A DNA stretch of 31,566 bases from a virus (Duplodnaviria; Caudoviricetes), in IMG/VR virus record IMGVR_UViG_3300027707_000066, positions 1 through 31,566 of that record, one strand, 5' to 3'. Positions 25,759 to 31,566 of the stretch are shown here, one piece after another. Position 1 is the stretch's first letter. Every line of letters starts with the position of its first letter. The translations under genes were made by a program, and so were the position numbers. Under the pieces are notes generated by a model. That model was not told the origin of the DNA and ran no database searches. It worked only from the letters and a program-made list of their open reading frames with translations.

Positions 25759-26253
25759 TCAGTCCGCGAGCGTGCCGCCGGATGCGAAGAACGACTTCGC
25801 TTCCCACGGTTTCATCTCCCGGTATTGGGCCAACGTCTGGGGTTCGGGCTTGCCGCTGCCGGCCGGGGTGCTGGCGCCGGCGATGGGCTTGATGCCGTGC
25901 TTGGAAAGGGTCTCGGCCGCTTCGCGGGCAGCGGCGGTCTTCAGCGTGGCCGCGGCGATGGCGGCGGGGTCGGCGCCGGTGGCGAGCAGGGCGACCGGGT
26001 CGATGCCGAGCGCGCTCAGTGCGGCGAGGAACGAGGTGTCGCGGGTGGCCGCAATTTGCAACATGGCGTCCCGGGCTTGCAGCGTCCGGTCCTTGGTGGC
26101 GATGTCGGCGGCGAGCTGGTCGCGGGTGGCGGATTCACCGACGAGGAAGTCGGTGTTGCCGGCAGCGTAGGCGGCGTCGACCTGCTCGGCGCTGATACCA
26201 GCAGCCGCGAGCGCGGTGAGGACGAAGGCGGGCTTTTTGGAGAAAAGGCTCAT
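25759..26253 (-). CDS. Putative capsid scaffolding protein
   Basis: Ala-rich helical protein between protease and capsid. ATG at 26253. Confidence 0.6.
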   Translation of the reverse strand: MSLFSKKPAFVLTALAAAGISAEQVDAAYAAGNTDFLVGESATRDQLAADIATKDRTLQARDAMLQIAATRDTSFLAALSALGIDPVALLATGADPAAIAAATLKTAAAREAAETLSKHGIKPIAGASTPAGSGKPEPQTLAQYREMKPWEAKSFFASGGTLAD

Positions 26254-26298
26254 GTGGGGTTTGGTGGCGGTGTTCCGCGTTACGAAATGAAAGTGCGG

Positions 26299-26314
26299 GC
26301 GTCCATGGTGGCGG
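26299..26314 (-). promoter_or_regulatory. 16-bp motif copy 3, upstream of scaffold/capsid
   Basis: Exact copy. Confidence 0.6.
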
Positions 26315-26422
26315 AGGTGGGAAAGGCAAAAGGAGAAAGGAAAAAGGCAAAAGTGAAGAGACACTCCACGCGCCACGACTCCCCACCTTTTTTCTTTTTC
26401 CTTTTCACTTTTTCCTTTGCCC

Positions 26423-27256
26423 TCATCGGGCGTCCACAATCTGGGCGAGCAGGTCGGAGAGGTCGGTCACGACATCGTCGGCCAGGTTCGCGGCGACGGC
26501 GTCGGCTCCCATGAAGGTCTGGCCTTGCAGGGCCGCGTCGTCCACCACGCCGCGGCCGGTGCGGACATCGGCCACGAACATGCCGTAGATGGCGTCGACG
26601 TTGCGCTGGAAGCCGGCCACGTCGTCGGCGGTGATGGGGGCGCCCGCGATGCCGGCGGCTTTTTGAGTGCCGGCTTTCACGAGCTCGAGCCGGTAGCCGT
26701 CTTTGGCCCAGGCGGCGCTCTCATCCACCAGGGCGCAGTAGACGCCGACGCTGCCGACGGTGGCGCTGGTGGTGATGGCGAAGCGGTCGCAGGCGCTGGC
26801 AATCCACTGGGCGGCGGAGCAGGCCTGCGAATCGGTGAAGCCGAACACGGGCTTGATGTCGGCGCTGCGGCGCACGGCGGCGAAGGCCTCGGGCACGCCG
26901 GTGCAGGTGCCGCCCGGGGAATCGATGAAGAGCACGCGCTCGCGGACGCGAGGGTCGGCGGCGCTGGCGGCCAAGGCGGGCGCCAGCGTGTCGAGGTCGT
27001 AGCCGCCGCACATGGTCTCCATCGAGGAGAGGTGCTTGCCGATGATGCCCCGCACCGGGATCACGGCGATGCCATCAGGTGAGATGACGTAGAGAGGTGC
27101 CGCCTCCGGCATAGGTCCATCCTCACCCATGTCCGCGCGGGGCAGGCCATCACGCCCGGCGGCGGCGAGGACCGCAGCATGGATGGCGTGGACGGTGGAC
27201 GGCAGCGCGGCCCACGGGGTGCTACGGATGGCGGCGAGGATTCGAGGAAAGCGCAT
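26423..27256 (-). CDS. S49 (SppA/lambda gpC-like) head maturation protease
   Basis: IDSPGG, ACSAAQWIAS, GSVGVY and KAGTQK motifs. Confidence 0.92.
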   Translation of the reverse strand: MRFPRILAAIRSTPWAALPSTVHAIHAAVLAAAGRDGLPRADMGEDGPMPEAAPLYVISPDGIAVIPVRGIIGKHLSSMETMCGGYDLDTLAPALAASAADPRVRERVLFIDSPGGTCTGVPEAFAAVRRSADIKPVFGFTDSQACSAAQWIASACDRFAITTSATVGSVGVYCALVDESAAWAKDGYRLELVKAGTQKAAGIAGAPITADDVAGFQRNVDAIYGMFVADVRTGRGVVDDAALQGQTFMGADAVAANLADDVVTDLSDLLAQIVDAR

Positions 27257-27354
27257 AAGGGGAGTAGGTGAGCGGGCAAGTAAGCCAGTGAGCCAGTGGG
27301 CCAGTGGGCCAGTGAGTGAGGGAGGCGCGCGCGGGTGTTTTCTGACCTACTGGC

Positions 27355-28941
27355 TCACTGGCTCACTTGCCCACCCGCCTCCGGCGAGTTTTCCGCGGGG
27401 TCGTCGGCCAGGGTAGTGGCGGCGGGCTGGCTGGCGGCGCCGGGGTTGTAGACGTGCTCGATGTCGACGCCCTCTTCCTCGGCAATGCGCTGGGCGAGCG
27501 CGGAGGCTCGGGCGTTGGCGCGGAAGTGGTCTTCGAGGTCGCCCTCGCCGCTCTCGGTCACGTAGCTGGCCACGGTCTCTAAACCCATGGCGATGTTGAG
27601 CCGGCGGTTTTCTTGGTCCCGGCCGACATCGACGCCGAAGGTGGCGGGGAGGGAGAAGCCTACGTTGTCCCAATCGTCGGCCATGGGCAGCTCGCCGCGG
27701 GCCATGTAGCGCGCGGCGGCGTAGAGCACTGCGGCGCGGAAGGGGCTCCATAACTGCTCCTGCCGCTGCTCGACGCTGCGCTTCACCTGGCTGACGAGGC
27801 CGCGCACGCTGGCGCCGCCGATGCCGCGGAGGTCGTGCATCTCGATGGGCCAATCCATGCCGCGATGCGCGCTGCGGGCGATGTGGTCCATGAAACTCTC
27901 CCAGGCCGCGCCGGGTCGGTTGCCTTCGAGGCTCTCGATCTTGTTGCCCGACCCGGCGCGGAAATAGCGGATGAGGCCGTCCTCGATGACTTTGACGGAG
28001 GTATCGACTTTGGACGCATCGGCGGTGCCGCCGATGGTGCGGTTGGCGGTGTAGGCGGCGGAGAGGTCGGCGCGGCCGGTGTCGTTGTACTCGACCATCG
28101 CGTGCTTGCTGAAGGCCTTGACGCCGGTCTTCTCGGCCTCGCGCATCTCGTGCATGTCGTACCAGTCGAGGATTCCGTGGCAGATGGTGGGCACGCCGCG
28201 GCCTTGGCTGAAATACTGGGGGTCGTAGACGTGCTGGACGGCGGAAGCGGGCAGAAAATTGTAGGCGGTGCCGTAGGGGATGACTCCATAGCCGGCGTCG
28301 GCGGGCAGGAGGTTGTAGGCAAGCGGCCGGTCGTACTCGTCGTAGACGATGCCGTTGAGCATTTTCAGCCCCTTGTAGTTTCCCTCGGTGACCAGATTCT
28401 GACCGCCGGGGGAGCCGATGCGATGGCTCTCGATGAGCTGCAACCGGGGGCTGCCGTTCTCGCTCTCGGTGAGCAGGATGAAGAAATCGCCATCGCGATC
28501 GAGCGCGAGGGAGCCGATGCCCACGTCACACTGGAAATCGTAGGGGCGGCCCCGTAGGTCGGCATTGCCAAGCCAGCTGCGCTGGATGCGCTGGTTGAAG
28601 GCGGCCTTGTACCTGGCATCGTTGCCGAGGTACTGGGGCACCCAGGCCTTGCCCACGGCATAGGCGCGTTTCTCACGGATGGCCCCGCTTACCTGGCCGA
28701 CGCGGCTAAAAATGAATCGGGCATCGCTGAGCATGGCGCGCTGCTGGTACTGGCTGACCATGCGCGCGGCGTCGCGGTCGAGCTTGGGGCGCCAGCCGCG
28801 GGTGCCGCTGTCTTCGCTGTTGGGCACCAGGCCGGTGCCATAGCCGCCGCGGTAGGGTCCGAGGTCGGTGGCCTGGATGGCAGGACGCGGAGCCACGGCG
28901 GCGGGCGGTGCAGGTCGCTGGCGGGTGCGGGTGCGGGACAT
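27355..28941 (-). CDS. Portal protein (lambda family)
   Basis: DRDGDFF...LQLIESHRI...NGIVYDEYDRPLAY...QGRGVP...VDVGRD. Confidence 0.9.
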   Translation of the reverse strand: MSRTRTRQRPAPPAAVAPRPAIQATDLGPYRGGYGTGLVPNSEDSGTRGWRPKLDRDAARMVSQYQQRAMLSDARFIFSRVGQVSGAIREKRAYAVGKAWVPQYLGNDARYKAAFNQRIQRSWLGNADLRGRPYDFQCDVGIGSLALDRDGDFFILLTESENGSPRLQLIESHRIGSPGGQNLVTEGNYKGLKMLNGIVYDEYDRPLAYNLLPADAGYGVIPYGTAYNFLPASAVQHVYDPQYFSQGRGVPTICHGILDWYDMHEMREAEKTGVKAFSKHAMVEYNDTGRADLSAAYTANRTIGGTADASKVDTSVKVIEDGLIRYFRAGSGNKIESLEGNRPGAAWESFMDHIARSAHRGMDWPIEMHDLRGIGGASVRGLVSQVKRSVEQRQEQLWSPFRAAVLYAAARYMARGELPMADDWDNVGFSLPATFGVDVGRDQENRRLNIAMGLETVASYVTESGEGDLEDHFRANARASALAQRIAEEEGVDIEHVYNPGAASQPAATTLADDPAENSPEAGGQVSQ

Positions 28942-28945
28942 GGCG

Positions 28946-29260
28946 TCAGGGGAGGACGAGCACGGTGCGCTGGCCAATGGGCTGGCCATGGCTGCCGCTG
29001 ACAAAGACGGACGCGCTGGGGATGGGCTGGACGTCGTCGTCGACGTAGCTCATGGCCTGGACGACATCGGCGATGTCGGCATCGATGTTGCGACCGCGCG
29101 TGTCGTAGGTGAAGGCGCGGCCATTGACACTGGCGGAGGTCATGCCGCCTCCGCCGGCCGCGCCGGCGAGCTTGGCGGCCTGCAACGTGGCCAGCCGCGT
29201 TTGCAACTGGCCCAACGTGGCGCCGAAAAAGGGACCGAATGGAACGGTCGTGTATGCCAT
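28946..29260 (-). CDS. Head completion / gpW-like protein
   Basis: MTSASVNGRAFTY motif, between TerL and portal. Confidence 0.65.
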   Translation of the reverse strand: MAYTTVPFGPFFGATLGQLQTRLATLQAAKLAGAAGGGGMTSASVNGRAFTYDTRGRNIDADIADVVQAMSYVDDDVQPIPSASVFVSGSHGQPIGQRTVLVLP

Positions 29261-29275
29261 CAACCGAGGCGGGCG

Positions 29276-29291
29276 GCGTCCATGGTGGCGG
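29276..29291 (-). promoter_or_regulatory. 16-bp motif copy 4, upstream of gpW/portal
   Basis: Exact copy, followed by TCGGTTG-ATG. Confidence 0.6.
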
Positions 29292-29549
29292 CGGGCGGCG
29301 AAGCCGCCGAAGGCAAAAGGGTGAAGGAAAAAGGAAAAAGGACCGGAGCGCGGTCTCTTCACTTTTGCCTTTTTCCTTTCTCCTTTTTCCTTTTTCCTTT
29401 GAAAGAGGGAAGCAACCACTACGCAGGTTGCAAGCCGCGCCGCTGGGATTTTCGCCCCATGTCCACACTGGGTCTCAGCGGTCCCGCCACACGACAGGTG
29501 GGGCGGGAAAATTGGGTCAGGCGGCCATCGCCAACAATGGCGGGCTGGC

Positions 29550-31340
29550 TCACTTGCTCACTGTCTCCTCCGCCGCCTGCCGCGGCGTGCTATCCGTCAG
29601 GCCCATCCGGGCGGCTTGGATCATCAGCCCTTTCTCGCAATCCCACGCGTGGTCGGGGCCGATCTTGGTCCACTCGTAGGTGAACTCGTTGGGGTTTTTC
29701 GGGTGGCGCTTGCGGCGGTAGATCTGGCCCAAGCGCTGGCGGCGGTATTCCTCGGGGGTGTCGCGGGCGATGGTGTGGATGTGGCGGCCCTGAAGGTCCT
29801 TGGCTTGGGTGGCGCTCTGCAACAGGCCGGCCGCGCCGGTGAAGGAGTAGATGAATTCCCAAGCGTGATGCCGCCCCTGGAGCCCGCCACCCATGAAGGC
29901 ATCGATGGGGGTGGGCATGGAGTGGATGCGGCGGACGCCATCGGTCCAGAGGAAGCTCCGGTCGTCCACGGCCTTGGCTGAGAAGTAACCCCAGCGCGCG
30001 CAGATTTGCCGGACAATCTCGGTGTTGTACCGGGCATCCATCACCACGCTCTCGGCGGGGACCTCGAAGCGCGCGCGCAGGTCCTCAATCTGGCCCTCGA
30101 CGTGGAGCTTGCCGAAGTGCAGGAGGCGGGAGTGCGCGTAGGTATCGGGGGAGGTGGACCACTGGCGGATGACCACCCAGAAGTGGTCCATCTGCACGTC
30201 GACAAACATGGTGCGGATGGGCCGCCCTTGCGGGTCTTTGCCCTCGGCAGGCCACTCATCGCCGAGCGCGTAGTCGCCCTCGGGGATGCCTTTGGTGCGG
30301 TCGACCAGTTGGGCGGGATTCCACGAGATGCACTTTTTCTTCCGGACGAATTCCTCGATGAGCTCCATGTTGCCGAGCTTCTTGGCGTTGGCCGCGGTGA
30401 GCCATTCGCCGACCAGGTCTTCCCAGTTGCGGAAGACGGCGGCCTCGGCGTGCCAGAAGTGGATGCGGGGGTCGGGCCTGGGATGGGTCTGCTCGTAGCC
30501 AGCGCCGCGGGCGGGGTCGTTGAGCTGCCGCAGGACTTCGCGCGAATACTTGGTGGATTCGCCGCAGGCCGGGCAGACCCAGCGGGTGGTGAGTTTGGCG
30601 ACGGGTTCGCGCCAATGGCCCGAGGGCTCGCGGGTCCATTCGTCGCTATCCCACTTGAGACCGCCCTTGGTCTCGGTGCCGCCGAACTCGAGGGGCACGC
30701 GCTCGCGGCAGTGGATGCAGACGACGCGCCATTCGTTGCGGGCGCTCTGCTTCCACAAGGTGTCGACCGCATCGGTCTCGGTGGGTCCGGTCGAGGTGAT
30801 GATGATGCGGCGCTGCCACTCGTAGCTGTCGGACCGCGCGAAGATCTCGCGCAGGGCGCCGGGCTCGTACTGCCAGGCCTCGTCGAGATAGAGGTCGCGG
30901 CCAGAGCGGCTGTTGCGATGGGCGCGGGTCTCGGCCGAGAGCAGGCTCACCGGTGCGTCGGTAAAGCGGTAAAGGCGCTTGCTGCCGCGCTTGTCGGGAT
31001 CGTCGGTGAAGTGCCGCGAGACGGCGGGCGTGCTGTCGATGAGGGGGAAGAGCTTTTCGTCGGCGAGGTCCGCGGCATCCTTGCCGGTGACGCAGTAAAG
31101 CAACGCGCGGCCGGGGTCGACGGCGACATCGCGCAGCAGGCGGAGCTGGACGAAGAGCGTCTTGAAGAGCTGCGGCGGGAAGACGAGGCCGAAGACGGCG
31201 TTGCGCTGCTGGTCGACGGCGCGGGCGATGTCGGTCAGCCACGGGTAGTCGGCCGCGACGAACGGCTGGCCATCCAGCCGGATGTGGCGCTCGGCCCAAT
31301 CGAGCGTGCCGATGAGGCGCGGTGGGGAAAGGGGGGTCAT
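29550..31340 (-). CDS. terL: Terminase large subunit (lambda GpA family)
   Basis: Walker A-like PPQLFKT, Walker B LYLDE, CIHC/CPAC zinc ribbon, nuclease VDVQ and DHAWDCE. Start is ATG 31340 or GTG 31346. Confidence 0.92.
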   Translation of the reverse strand: MTPLSPPRLIGTLDWAERHIRLDGQPFVAADYPWLTDIARAVDQQRNAVFGLVFPPQLFKTLFVQLRLLRDVAVDPGRALLYCVTGKDAADLADEKLFPLIDSTPAVSRHFTDDPDKRGSKRLYRFTDAPVSLLSAETRAHRNSRSGRDLYLDEAWQYEPGALREIFARSDSYEWQRRIIITSTGPTETDAVDTLWKQSARNEWRVVCIHCRERVPLEFGGTETKGGLKWDSDEWTREPSGHWREPVAKLTTRWVCPACGESTKYSREVLRQLNDPARGAGYEQTHPRPDPRIHFWHAEAAVFRNWEDLVGEWLTAANAKKLGNMELIEEFVRKKKCISWNPAQLVDRTKGIPEGDYALGDEWPAEGKDPQGRPIRTMFVDVQMDHFWVVIRQWSTSPDTYAHSRLLHFGKLHVEGQIEDLRARFEVPAESVVMDARYNTEIVRQICARWGYFSAKAVDDRSFLWTDGVRRIHSMPTPIDAFMGGGLQGRHHAWEFIYSFTGAAGLLQSATQAKDLQGRHIHTIARDTPEEYRRQRLGQIYRRKRHPKNPNEFTYEWTKIGPDHAWDCEKGLMIQAARMGLTDSTPRQAAEETVSK

Positions 31341-31342
31341 GC

Positions 31343-31566
31343 TCACGCGCTGCGCCGAAGGACGAGGTCGCGGAAGTTTGCGGTGAGCCGCGAGACCTCG
31401 CCGCGGCTCACGCGGAAGACGGCCTTCATCTGCTCGACCGTGAGGGCGTTCTTCATGTGGGGCGTCATCACCTTCACCGCGACCGCCGCGCGTAGGCCGA
31501 CCCGCCGGCGCGCCACGGCGAAGGTGTCTTCCTTGACGGTGCGCGCCCACCGGTCGGCGCGCTCGC
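31343..31566 (-). CDS. 3' end of an HTH protein (sigma70 region-4-like C-terminus), partial
   Basis: Hand translation ...KNALTVEQMKAVFRVSRGEVSRLTANFRDLVLRRSA*. TGA coupled to the terL GTG. Confidence 0.5.
   Translation of the reverse strand, partial: ERADRWARTVKEDTFAVARRRVGLRAAVAVKVMTPHMKNALTVEQMKAVFRVSRGEVSRLTANFRDLVLRRSA

Larger units (their letters stand above)
15661..27374. repeat. Second dispersed repeat family (GTGAGCCA/GTGA units), 3 copies
   Basis: 15661-15700, 24441-24541 and 27266-27374. The last two have inverted arms. Confidence 0.85.
10741..29400. repeat. Dispersed intergenic heptamer (GAAAAAG/GCAAAAG) repeat family, at least 11 copies
   Basis: One-armed copies at 10741-10776, 10978-11013, 11449-11485 and 12416-12453. 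Two-armed hairpins at 14313-14410, 16060-16162, 22994-23089, 23883-23968, 24292-24380, 26319-26422 and 29309-29400. Confidence 0.9.
1..31566. mobile_element. Temperate tailed bacteriophage (siphovirus-like) genome segment, attP-intact form
   Basis: Terminase, portal, protease, capsid, tail, lysis, integrase, repressor and excisionase-like genes in phage-typical order. Phage genes lie on both sides of a partial tRNA (att core). No host housekeeping genes are present. Confidence 0.95.

Noticed and set aside
16024-29293. GCCGCCACCATGG equals the vertebrate Kozak consensus (eukaryotic or synthetic origin)
   Set aside because: Its ATG is out of frame with the downstream genes or opens only tiny ORFs, and the context is entirely bacteriophage. 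Treated as coincidence.
29440-29485. Hammerhead ribozyme on the minus strand (CTGAGA...CGAAA)
   Set aside because: The core lacks the N7 position of CUGANGA, and stems II and III do not close canonically.
6569-31000. Many long + strand and alternate-frame ORFs in the track (e.g. 22440-24026, 25366-26514, 8886-10328)
   Set aside because: These are shadow ORFs of high-GC genes, with Arg/Gly/Pro-rich translations and no motifs.

Overview
The whole window looks like part of a high-GC temperate tailed phage genome, apparently in its excised (attP-intact) form. From left to right it contains: (1) a leftward early operon with an RHH/Cro-like gene and an excisionase-like HTH; (2) a divergent HTH repressor followed by a 41-bp inverted-repeat element; (3) a Zn-ribbon membrane protein; (4) attP, made of the 3' half of tRNA-Val(GAC) flanked by GGCACC arm-type repeats; (5) a tyrosine integrase; (6) a rightward four-gene accessory operon; (7) a 26-kb minus-strand late region. 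The late region encodes lambda GpA-type TerL, a gpW-like protein, a lambda-type portal, an S49 protease, a scaffold, a P22-coat-like capsid, head-tail/neck proteins, a 1484-aa fibre-like protein and a LamG protein (both with signal peptides), holins and overlapped spanins but no endolysin, an orphan HicB, tail terminator, tube, chaperone, a short tape measure, SSB, a 1279-aa virion protein and a metallophosphoesterase. Many late-gene boundaries carry purine/pyrimidine heptamer-repeat hairpins, and four of them adjoin an exact 16-bp motif upstream of gene starts. A PVC-group (Verrucomicrobiota-like) host is my inference only. All product calls are by motif recognition and synteny; no searches were run.
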